This document shows, piece after piece, positions 56,134 to 64,000 of a stretch of DNA of 64,000 nucleotides. The stretch comes from Patescibacteria group bacterium. Lineage in GTDB: Bacteria; Patescibacteriota; Patescibacteriia; Patescibacteriales; WJLG01. The stretch spans positions 11,935 through 75,934 of the forward strand of contig JAQUPS010000001.1 in assembly GCA_028716485.1 (NCBI GenBank). The letters run 5' to 3'. The notes under the pieces were generated by a model. That model searched no databases and was not told where the DNA came from. It saw nothing but the letters and a program-made list of their open reading frames with translations. How positions within the stretch are numbered: the first letter of the stretch is position 1; each line of letters opens with the position of its first letter. The translations under genes were made by a program, and so were the position numbers.

Positions 56134-56543
56134 AGCAGCTCCCTTGCTGGTTTAGGAAAAAGATCGGCGCATCTCATTTTTTTATATATACAATAAAAAG
56201 TTGAGATGGTGAGATAAAAATATTGCGAATCGACTTTATTTGGGTCGATAATATTGGAAACTTGCCGGCGAAGCATTGTTTCCCAGTGGATTTCAAGAAT
56301 CGAAATGATGACGTCAAACTTCCTTTCCCGAGTTTCTTTTCCGAAAAGAGAGCAATAACGAAGAATATCTCTTATGTATTCGGAAAAAATATCGCCATAA
56401 TTATGATAAACAGCCGCGGTTCTTTTCCAGTAGCGACCCAAATTTTTTTCAAAACGTTCGGCAAATTCTTTTTCATTTTCCTCCAATATTTTTAAAGAAC
56501 TCATTTTAAACCCCTTTCTTTTTACAATCCTACTATTTTTCAA
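56115..56543 (-). CDS. Hypothetical protein
   Basis: 142-aa ORF; no motif; the start may be the internal MSSLKIL. Confidence 0.4.
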   Translation of the reverse strand: MKNSRIVKRKGFKMSSLKILEENEKEFAERFEKNLGRYWKRTAAVYHNYGDIFSEYIRDILRYCSLFGKETRERKFDVIISILEIHWETMLRRQVSNIIDPNKVDSQYFYLTISTFYCIYKKMRCADLFPKPARELLCLKFR

Positions 56544-56610
56544 TTAAAAAGTAAAGCAAACAAAAAACCCGTTTTTAAAGCAGGTTAATTTAATTTGATT
56601 GTATTATTCT

Positions 56611-56684
56611 GGCGGCTTCCTACTCTACCAGGGCTCAGGCCCAAGTACCATCGGAGCAAGCGGGCTTAACTTCTGAGCTTGCCC
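56611..56684 (-). other. Truncated 5S rRNA-like fragment (3' two-thirds of 5S), tandem to the intact 5S
   Basis: CTACTCTACCAGGGCTCAGGCCCAAGTACCATCGG is identical to the 3' part of the adjacent 5S, then diverges into a hairpin plus CCGCACCTTTTTG. Confidence 0.6.
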
Positions 56685-56711
56685 CGCACCTTTTTGCTTT
56701 TTGAGTACAAT

Positions 56712-56830
56712 ATTCCCGGCGCTGGCCTACTCTACCAGGGCTCAGGCCCAAGTACCATCGGCGCTAATGAGCTTAACTTCTGTGTTCGGGATGGGAACAG
56801 GTGTAGCCTCATTGCGAAAGTACCGGGAAT
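56712..56830 (-). rRNA. rrf: 5S ribosomal RNA
   Basis: Minus sense ...CCCATCCCGAACACAGAAGTTAAGCTCATTAGCGCCGATGGTACTTGGGCCTGAGCCCTGGTAGAGTAGG...; helix I closes with CCCGG/CCGGG. Confidence 0.85.
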
Positions 56831-57105
56831 ATTAGACTCAAAAAGGTGCGGGGTGAGAGATGGGATCAGGTGTGACCCCGCCGCGATGCCACCAAAATAA
56901 TAAAATCAAATTGTTAAAAAAACTCTAACAACTGAATACTATAGATAATATGAGATAAAAAATTCTTCTTCATCTTAGAAACAAAAATGTGGGAAAATCT
57001 TCCGGTTTATTAGTACCCCTCCGCTCAATGCCTTACGGCACTTACACGTAGAGCCTATCAAGGCAGTATTCTCCTGCCAACCTGTGAAACCTAATCTTAG
57101 AGACA

Positions 57106-57136
<31 letters not shown>

Positions 57137-57216
57137 AAAACCGAAGGTAGCTACTCGGCAATGCCCCTGGCGGGACAGTCGATACACCAGAGCTTCGTTA
57201 TTCCCGGTCCTCTCGT

Positions 57217-57998
57217 CATGTATAGTTCACTTATTTCTAAGTGCATAGACTATATCTTCACCCTCTGTTCCGTATTCGTAAAAAGGAACGAATTCGGGGT
57301 AGGGGTCGGCATATTATAGAAGTTTAGATCCGGATTATCCGGTACCTTCTATATCTCCCTGCTTGGGATCAGTCGTTACGGGGTCAAACCAAGTATCTTT
57401 TTCATCCGCGCGCCGGTCTGGCGCTGGGCGGACTTATAATTATCTTTCTGAATTCCGATGATGCAAGACAAAATATTTCCGCGATCTTTTTTAGACAATT
57501 CAGACAGACGTTTATTCGTTAACATGCTTGTCGCCTTTAACAAATATTCCGCCTGGCTTTTTTTGAATCTGATAAACGGATAAAGCTTTGCCAAAATTTT
57601 ATGGCATTGCTCATGTCCATTTATTCGCAATTCGGTCATTCCGTCTTTTCTTTTTGACAGATAACCGATGCCAAGACTTTGTCTTAGCCAATGAAGCGGC
57701 TCGTCATGGCGGCTGTCTTGATAAAAACAGATAGTAGCCATGAAGCGCCAGCCTCTCGGCGAATCGCTTCGTTTTTTAATTTGCAACATCAGACTGCCGT
57801 CTCCATCAAGGAAACCGGCAATATACGCCAAATCTGTTGCTTTTTTCGTGATACTTAATCGACTTCCCACGGTATTGACTTAAAATTAATTATGGTCCTT
57901 AAGCATTATGATACCATAAATATTTTGAAGCTTCCACCGTTATTAGCCGTATATTCGAGCGGGATTACTCCCGCAAGTAGCATGACCCTTTCGGGTCT
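57217..57998 (-). mobile_element. Putative group I intron A in 23S (near the sarcin-ricin loop region, about E. coli 2656) carrying a LAGLIDADG ORF
   Basis: Exon ...CCCTAGT | intron ... CATG | ACGAGAGGACC exon. Intron ends in G and the 5' exon ends in U. Boundaries by eye. Confidence 0.45.
57376..57870 (-). CDS. LAGLIDADG homing endonuclease (intron-encoded, single-motif type)
   Basis: LAYIAGFLDGDGS motif; 164 aa; same strand as 23S. Confidence 0.85.
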   Translation of the reverse strand: MGSRLSITKKATDLAYIAGFLDGDGSLMLQIKKRSDSPRGWRFMATICFYQDSRHDEPLHWLRQSLGIGYLSKRKDGMTELRINGHEQCHKILAKLYPFIRFKKSQAEYLLKATSMLTNKRLSELSKKDRGNILSCIIGIQKDNYKSAQRQTGARMKKILGLTP

Positions 57999-58072
57999 AC
58001 TAGGGAATAGACTCTGCAAGTTTCCGCGACCATAGTAGATAGGAGACCAACCTGTCTTACGCATTATTTTAT

Positions 58073-58753
58073 CGCTTGTTACCAAACGTATGGACTATAC
58101 CACCATCCGGTTTTAACCGGAGGTCAACGTGTTAGCAATGCTCTTCGCATCACTCTCTCCCTGTGCGGGATCAGTCTCTACGGGGTTAAATTATGCCTCT
58201 TCCTTTTTTTGGAGTAGTTAAGTTCCCTGAACTTATCTATCATACCAGCCAATTTTTCAAAATCTTTTTGATCTCTGACGTTTTCTTTCATCTCAAATAT
58301 TTTAATCATCAATTCCGCCTGACGTCTTTTTAAGATCAAAAAAGGTTTTACTTGGGACAGAAAATCGACTATCTCATCTTTTTTATTGATGACATATTCC
58401 ATTATTCCGTCTTTTCGTTCTCTCATATAACCGGCTCCGGCAAGAGCGCAAACTCTCGCGAAGTTTTCTTTCTCTTTTTTGGCTTGGAAAAATGCGATGC
58501 AAGGAGAAATCTGGAATCCGAACCGATAGGTCGGATTTGGTTTCAATCTTACATAGATGCTTCCATCGCCATCGAGAAAACCGGCTAAATAAGCCAAATT
58601 TTTGACTGTGATGTTTTTAGACATAATCAACTTCCCTCGGTATTATCCTAACATGTGACAGGTTATTTTGCAATAACTAATGCCAGGACTTCACCGATAT
58701 GAGTTGACTTTTTCGAATTCGATTACTCGAATAAGCCGCCAAATTGACGGTTT
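58073..58753 (-). mobile_element. Putative group I intron B in 23S (about E. coli 2586-2593) carrying a LAGLIDADG ORF
   Basis: Exon CGAGCTGGGTT | intron | ...ATGCGTAAGACAGGTTGG exon (homolog of TAGAACGTCGTGAGACAGTTCGG); 74-nt exon between introns A and B matches E. coli spacing. Confidence 0.5.
58178..58630 (-). CDS. LAGLIDADG homing endonuclease (intron-encoded)
   Basis: LAYLAGFLDGDGSIYV; 150 aa; the C-terminus ...HNLTP parallels ...LGLTP of the first endonuclease. Confidence 0.85.
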   Translation of the reverse strand: MIMSKNITVKNLAYLAGFLDGDGSIYVRLKPNPTYRFGFQISPCIAFFQAKKEKENFARVCALAGAGYMRERKDGIMEYVINKKDEIVDFLSQVKPFLILKRRQAELMIKIFEMKENVRDQKDFEKLAGMIDKFRELNYSKKRKRHNLTP

Positions 58754-58772
58754 GAACCCAGCTCGCGTGCCT

Positions 58773-58803
<31 letters not shown>

Positions 58804-59356
58804 GCTTCTACACCCCCAGGATGAGACGGGCCGACATCGAGGTGCCGAACCTGGTCGTCGCTGTGGACGCTTGGACCAGACTAGCCTGTTATCCCTAGAG
58901 TAGCTTTTATCCGATGAGCTTCCACCATCCTATATTGGATGGTCGGATCACTAAGTTCTGCTTTCGCAACTGCTCGACGTGTCAGTCTTGCAGTAAAGCC
59001 GGCTTGTGCCTTTGCGCTATCTCCCGGGTTTCCATTCCGGGATAGCCGACCTTTGTAAACGCCTCAGTTACTTTTTATGAGGCATCCGCCCCAGACAAAC
59101 TACCCACCAGACACTGTTCCCCGGAAGGATTCACTTCCTAGGGTAAGAATTTAGAACAAACAAGGGTGGTATCTCACTGGTGCCCGAAGGCTCCCACCTA
59201 TTCTGAACATGCGTATCCCAAATCCAATATCAAGTTATAGTAAAGCTTCATAGGGTCTTTTCGTCCAGCTATGGTTAATGAGCATCTTCACTCATCCTGC
59301 AATTTCGCCGAGTTCTTCGTTGAGACAGCGCCCAAGTAGTTACGCCATTCAAGCAC

Positions 59357-59388
<32 letters not shown>

Positions 59389-59395
59389 GCACCTT

Positions 59396-60430
59396 CTTAA
59401 TATTTCTATTAAGCTTGGACTATTTCTTATCCCAAATTAGGGATCTCAATGTTTAGTCTCTGAGGATTAAAAATTAATCCTGCGCGTTTGCCCCGTGTAT
59501 TTTCAGATTTTTACCGCCAACTTAATGGCTTGGTACTGAAAATCTTTTGAGGATTTCCACGCATTTTATTGAGTATTTATAGACAACTATAACTTTCGTT
59601 ATAGCCAGGCAGCGGATTTATATGAATCGTCCCAGTCTTTCTGCAATCTATTATTTTCAAATAAATTGCAAAACCTTAGGACGATTCATTAATGTTAAAC
59701 CTCTTTTAGATTTCCCGAGTCTTCGGGACTTTATGTTTCCATAAAGATCGGACTATATCATTCACGGCTTTCCGGACGGAAAGCGCGCGATTCGGCGTAT
59801 AGTCTCTGGGGATTATCTACTCGCGATTGTTCAAAATCGCTTTGGTTGTATTTTCTCTTTCTTCCGCGGCCGGCATTTAATTCTTCTCTTAGCTCAACGA
59901 TCTTTTTTAAACCGTCTTCATTTAAATGCTCTTTGCCGAAAACTAATTCGGCGATCCGGCAGAAGATAGAAAAATTCTTCTTTTTCGTTTGGGAAAGGAA
60001 ATAAAATTTCCGAAAAAACGGAATCACTTTCTCTTGAATGGAAAGCGGGTTGCTGACTACAAACATATGCAATCCGTCGCGCCGTTCAACTAATCTGCCG
60101 CAGCCTAAAATCTTTTTAAACTGCGATAAGATATAACTTTCCTTTTGGGAAACGTTAAATGTCAGAACGACTTGCCAGCCCATTTTATGGTCCAGCCTCT
60201 TTCTCAAAGAGACATTGAAACTTCCTTCGCCATCGGTAAAACCGGCAAAATAGTAACCTATTTCCGGTTTTATGTTGTTTAACCAATTTTGATTCATAGA
60301 TTCTTTCCTGCGGATTGTCCGCCAATGACTTTAAAAGTCATGTTAACTTTTTGATTTTTACTGCGGATTAAATTTCCCACGAGTACAAAAAGTTTGGGCG
60401 GATGTTCCCGCAAATAGCCAAATTTTTTAA
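59396..60430 (-). mobile_element. Putative group I intron C in 23S (about E. coli 1917-1923 region, domain IV) carrying a LAGLIDADG ORF
   Basis: Exon ...GATAACTATGAAC | AT-rich intron | AAGGTGCTAAGCGAAATTCCTTGTCGGGTAAGTTCCGAC exon. Confidence 0.5.
59758..60297 (-). CDS. LAGLIDADG homing endonuclease (intron-encoded)
   Basis: YYFAGFTDGEGSF motif; 179 aa. Confidence 0.8.
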   Translation of the reverse strand: MNQNWLNNIKPEIGYYFAGFTDGEGSFNVSLRKRLDHKMGWQVVLTFNVSQKESYILSQFKKILGCGRLVERRDGLHMFVVSNPLSIQEKVIPFFRKFYFLSQTKKKNFSIFCRIAELVFGKEHLNEDGLKKIVELREELNAGRGRKRKYNQSDFEQSRVDNPQRLYAESRAFRPESRE

Positions 60431-61726
60431 CTACAATTTTGTTCATAGTTATCGCCGGCGTTCATCCACGCTTCAGTTCAGGGCTTCGCCTTGCGGCTAA
60501 CCCCTCGCCTTAACGTTTGGACACTGGCCAGGCGTCACTCCCTATACATCCTCTTACGAGTTAGCAGAGAGCTGTGTTTTTGGTAAACAGTCCCTTGGGC
60601 ACTTTAGCTGCGGCCTATCTTGCGATAGGCAGGCCTTCTTGCGAACTTACGGCCGATTTTTTGCCGAGTTCCTTAACGAAAATTCTCTCGTGCACCGTTA
60701 GTCTTCTCGACTTGCAAACCTGTGTCGGTTTTAGTACGGTTGCCGTTTCCTTAACCCTAGAGATTTTTCTGGGAAGCTCCTCCCCTCAAATTGACGATCC
60801 ATTGCTGGACCATCTGCAAACGGCTCCTTGAAATATCGCTCCGGATTTGCCTGGAGCTATTCTTGAAGCAATTAACGCATATACCAATATCGCGCTTGAG
60901 GTTCGAAACTTCGTTATCCCATCAGCAGAAACGGTAGTGCTGGAATATTAACCAGCTTATCCATCGGCTACGCCCCCATTACAAAGGCCTCGTCTTAGGA
61001 CCGACTAACCCTGGGCCGATTTACGTTGCCCAGGAAACCTTATGCTTTCGGTGGGCAGGGTTTTCACCTGCCTTTATGCTACTCATGCCAACATTCTCTC
61101 TTCTTGCCGCTCCACCACGTCTCGCGGCGTGACTTCAGCGCAGGCAAGAATGCTCCTCTACCGCTCCAAATAATTAAATTTGAAACCCGTATCTTCGGTA
61201 ATATGCTTAGCCCCGGTAAATATTCGGCGCGAAACAACTTGACTAGTGAGCTATTACGCTATCTTTAAAGGATGGCTGCTTCTAAGCCAACCTCCTAGTT
61301 GTCGCAGTCACGACACCACCTTTTACACTTAGCATATATTTAGGGACCTTAGATTACGATTTGGGCTGTTTCCCTTTTGACCGATGAAGCTTAGCCCCCA
61401 TGGTCTGACTCCCGAGTTATGTTGATTGGTATTCGGAGTTTGGTTAAGAGTAATATCTTGCGACTTACCCTCATTCAGTGCTCTACCCCCAATCATAAAC
61501 ACTCGAGGCTAGCCCTAAAGCTATTTCGAGGAGAACCAGCTATTGCCTAGTTCGATTGAAATTTCATCCCTAACCACAAATCATCCCCTAGTGTTGCACG
61601 GCTAGTGGGTTCGGTCCTCCATCCGTCTTTCGACGAACTTCAACCTGTCTGTGGTTAGATCACCAGGCTTCGGGTCTTATACATGCGACAAACGGGCTAT
61701 TAACCCTCGCTTTCACTACGCCTCCT

Positions 61727-61828
61727 CCCGCACCTTTTGCACAAACATCATTATTTATCATCGAATATAATGCTTATGATTATGTCAATAATTTTTATTA
61801 TCAACACCTTTTTTCAAAAGGTGCGGGA
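61727..61828 (-). other. 23S intervening sequence (IVS) in helix-25 region, ORF-less, bounded by CCCGCACCTTTTG / CAAAAGGTGCGGG
   Basis: AT-rich ~75-nt insert between inverted repeats; the following exon aligns to E. coli 23S around 600-700. Confidence 0.6.
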
Positions 61829-61961
61829 TTAGGCAAGCCGCATACAATAAACTCGTTGGCTCATTCTTCAATAGGCACGCCGTCACCCTGGCTTGCGCCA
61901 AGGCTCCGACTCCTTATAAGTATATGGTTTCAGGTACTATTTCAACTCCCTCACCGGGATG

Positions 61962-61998
<37 letters not shown>

Positions 61999-62334
61999 AT
62001 CATAAAAAGTATTTAGTCTTGGATCATAGTCGACCCGGATTCACGCGGGATTTCACGAGTCCCGCGCTACTTAAGAATAATAAAGACGGTTCAATGATAC
62101 TTGTCGCGTACGGGGCTATCACCCTCTTTGGCCAAGCTTTCCAGCTTGCTTCTGCTAAATGTCATCACATCCCGCTTCGTCCATCCCAAGGGACAAAATA
62201 TACTATTCTTACAACTACCCATGAACATGTGGACTTGGATCCTTCCTAACGCCATACCCGAAGGCACAACATTATTCAGTTCACGAGATTTAGACTGGTC
62301 CCCTTTCGCTCGCCACTACTTGGGGAATCATCCA

Positions 62335-62428
62335 GCACCTTTTGAACATAACAATTTATCTTAATAAATTTTTATTTTTCATAAAAATATTAAGAAAAAA
62401 TCGTAATGTTTTATTCAAAAGGTGCGGG
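62335..62428 (-). other. 23S IVS (domain I, about E. coli position 200), ORF-less, bounded by GCACCTTTTGAA / TTCAAAAGGTGC
   Basis: AT-rich insert replacing a short E. coli segment between GGAAAAGAAAT and GATTCCCC. Confidence 0.55.
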
Positions 62429-62489
62429 ATTTTTTATTAATTTCTTTTCCTCCGGCTACTAAGATGTTTCAGTTCACCGGGTAATCTAT

Positions 62490-62593
62490 CTCGCACCTTT
62501 TCGGCAGAGCAACTTTATTTTAAAACTTTTTCGAGTTTTATAAAAAGTTACTAAACAGTTGGAATTTCTTTTCAACTGCCGAAAAGGTGCGAG
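62490..62593 (-). other. 23S IVS in helix 9 (about E. coli 130-150), ORF-less, bounded by CTCGCACCTTTTCGGCAG / CTGCCGAAAAGGTGCGAG
   Basis: 18-bp perfect inverted repeat enclosing a 68-nt AT-rich insert; helix 9 is a classic IVS site. Confidence 0.6.
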
Positions 62594-63010
62594 ATCATCC
62601 TGTCTTCAACAGGATAGGTTTCCCCATTCGGAAATCTTCGGCTCAAAGGTTGCTTGCCACCTCCCCGAAGCTTATCGCAGGCTGCTACGTCCTTCATCGT
62701 CTTTTTATGTCAAGGCATCCACCATATACCCTTAATGAGATTTTCCCACATTCTTATCGCTAAGAATGTGTTTGCTCATTTTTACTTCTTGCTATATTTA
62801 ATAACTTTAAACTTTTTGAAGTTTATAGTTCATTAACCTTTTCTAGACTTCTTTTAGACCTCTTCTTTTTTTCTTTACCTCTTCGCCTCCCCCGTCGGGA
62901 GACGAAAATTATCTAAGTATTCAGTTGTCAAAGTTCTTTACGATAGCAGTATTTCTGAAAACAATTTTTAAAAAAATTACTTTCAGAATTCTAATATCAT
63001 TTTATAATTC

Positions 63011-63049
63011 GTAGATTAGGATTTATCCGGATAATTAGGATTTTATTCC
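63011..63049. promoter_or_regulatory. Second copy of the AGATTAGGATTTATCCGGATAATTAGGATTTTATTC motif, in the 23S leader/promoter region
   Basis: Matches 23258..23297 at about 35/40 positions; contains the 12-bp palindrome TTATCCGGATAA. Confidence 0.4.
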
Positions 63050-63063
63050 AAACTTTTTAGCAT

Positions 63064-63088
63064 TTAAAAAAACCGCTTATCAAGCGGT
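63064..63088 (-). terminator. Rho-independent terminator after pilT
   Basis: Minus sense CCGCTT-gat-AAGCGG followed by TTTTTTT. Confidence 0.7.
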
Positions 63089-63189
63089 CAGCAAAACTTG
63101 CGGGCAAGTCATTTGTTAACTGCTTGAGATGAGAGAAGTTAATAAGCGATTTATCATATGATTTGCCTTAGTTTTTGTGATGTTTCTAA

Positions 63190-63217
63190 TTATACATTAT
63201 AGAAATTATATGTCAAG
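63190..63217 (-). promoter_or_regulatory. Candidate rRNA promoter (-35 TTGACA, 16-bp spacer, -10 TATAAT) about 450 nt upstream of 23S
   Basis: Minus sense TTGACAtataatttctataatgTATAAT; overlapping TATAAT-like hexamers make the register ambiguous. Confidence 0.35.
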
Positions 63218-63308
63218 AGGCCGGAAGGCAAAGAAAAATTAAAAAAGAAAAAAGAAAAAAAACGGCTAATAATAAACAAGGTTTTTTCTTTTTTATTTTT
63301 TCTTTGAA

Positions 63309-64000
63309 TTACATGGCTCCCAGGCTTTTCAGCTGGCTCTTGGCCACCTCGTCGCTGATTTTTCCGGACTTGAACAATTCCCGCAAATCGCGTTCGGCGC
63401 TGATCATGCCGTCGGCCGAACCGGACTCGATCACGCTTTGGATCTGGGCGATTTTATTTTCGCGGATCAGATTGGACACGGCGGAATTCCTGATCATTAT
63501 TTCCCGGGTGGCGATTCGTCCGCCGCCAACCGCGGGCAAGAGACGCTGAGAGATGACCATCTCCAAAGTCATCGAAAGCTGGGTCCTCACCTGGCCTTGC
63601 TGATCAGAAGGAAAGACATCAACGATACGGTCAATGGATTGCGCGGCGTTATAAGTATGCAAAGTCGCCAAAACCAAATGGCCGGTTTCCGCCAAAGTAA
63701 TGGTGGCGGCGATGGTTTCCAAATCGCGCATTTCTCCGACCATGATCACATTCGGATCTTGTCTTAAGGCGTGCTTCAAACCGGATTCGAAAGTCGGGAT
63801 ATCGCTCCCCAGCTGGCGCTGAATGATGATGCTTTTATTCGGCTTGAACAAGAATTCAATCGGATCCTCGAGCGTGATTATTTTACGGCTGTAATTATCG
63901 TTGATGTAGGCGATGATAGCGGCTAAAGTCGTAGACTTGCCGCAGCCGGTCGGGCCGGTTACCAGCACCAAGCCGCGATTATGATGGATCATTTCGGTGA
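63309..64000 (-). CDS. pilT: Twitching-motility ATPase PilT (type IV pilus retraction ATPase); 5' end beyond the window
   Basis: Canonical Walker A GLVLVTGPTGCGKSTT, Asp box DPIEF, Walker B/His box RQDPNVIMVGEMRDLETIAATITLAETGHLVLATLHT. Confidence 0.85.
   Translation of the reverse strand, partial: TEMIHHNRGLVLVTGPTGCGKSTTLAAIIAYINDNYSRKIITLEDPIEFLFKPNKSIIIQRQLGSDIPTFESGLKHALRQDPNVIMVGEMRDLETIAATITLAETGHLVLATLHTYNAAQSIDRIVDVFPSDQQGQVRTQLSMTLEMVISQRLLPAVGGGRIATREIMIRNSAVSNLIRENKIAQIQSVIESGSADGMISAERDLRELFKSGKISDEVAKSQLKSLGAM

Noticed and set aside
62750-63300. Search for a 16S rRNA or spacer tRNAs upstream of 23S
   Set aside because: The 560 nt upstream contain only AT-rich sequence, a candidate promoter, the shared 40-nt motif and the pilT terminator. 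No 16S 3' end (anti-SD CCTCCTT context) or tRNA-like fold was seen, so the operon is called split rather than assuming a missed 16S.

Overview
This 64-kb window is read as a low-GC chromosomal segment from a reduced-genome bacterium. The gene content is consistent with a Candidate Phyla Radiation / Patescibacteria-like organism, but that placement is inference only. Almost all genes lie on the minus strand. Annotated content: relA/spoT-type (p)ppGpp enzyme, rpsU, hisS, lepB, ruvC, yebC, ndk, a purF-like amidotransferase, rpsT, a four-tRNA cluster (Pro, Phe, initiator-like Met, Ile), an M16 peptidase, rmuC, secA, hpf, cca, a minimal cell-wall/division cluster (murB, murC, murG, ftsW, mraY), a large glycosylation locus (three GT4, one GT2 with a DUF2304 partner, a UDP-sugar epimerase/decarboxylase, a GT-C-like membrane protein), a catalytically degenerate PilB/GspE-like ATPase, an S8 peptidase with FG-GAP repeats, a stand-alone receiver domain, mreB, a CAP-domain protein, a PHP-domain nuclease-like protein and a partial pilT. 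A 5S rRNA and a 23S rRNA on the minus strand are not linked to any 16S within the window. The 23S carries three putative group I introns, each encoding an intact LAGLIDADG homing endonuclease, plus three short ORF-less intervening sequences bounded by GCACCTTTTG inverted repeats. The most unusual non-coding signal is that intergenic spacers are built from gene-specific tandem heptamer (7-nt) repeats. These often form inverted pairs and frequently run directly into start codons (TACGAAA x4 immediately 5' of an ATG; 13x GTTACGT and 16x TGTTATG at the extremes). Other notable items: a GC-rich palindrome CCTGCCTGCCGGCAGGCAGG in four copies (two inverted extended copies bracket one gene), in-frame palindromic (RPE-like) insertions inside two CDSs, an ~85-bp palindromic element flanking a large beta-helix surface protein gene, and a NUDIX gene interrupted by a single in-frame TAA.
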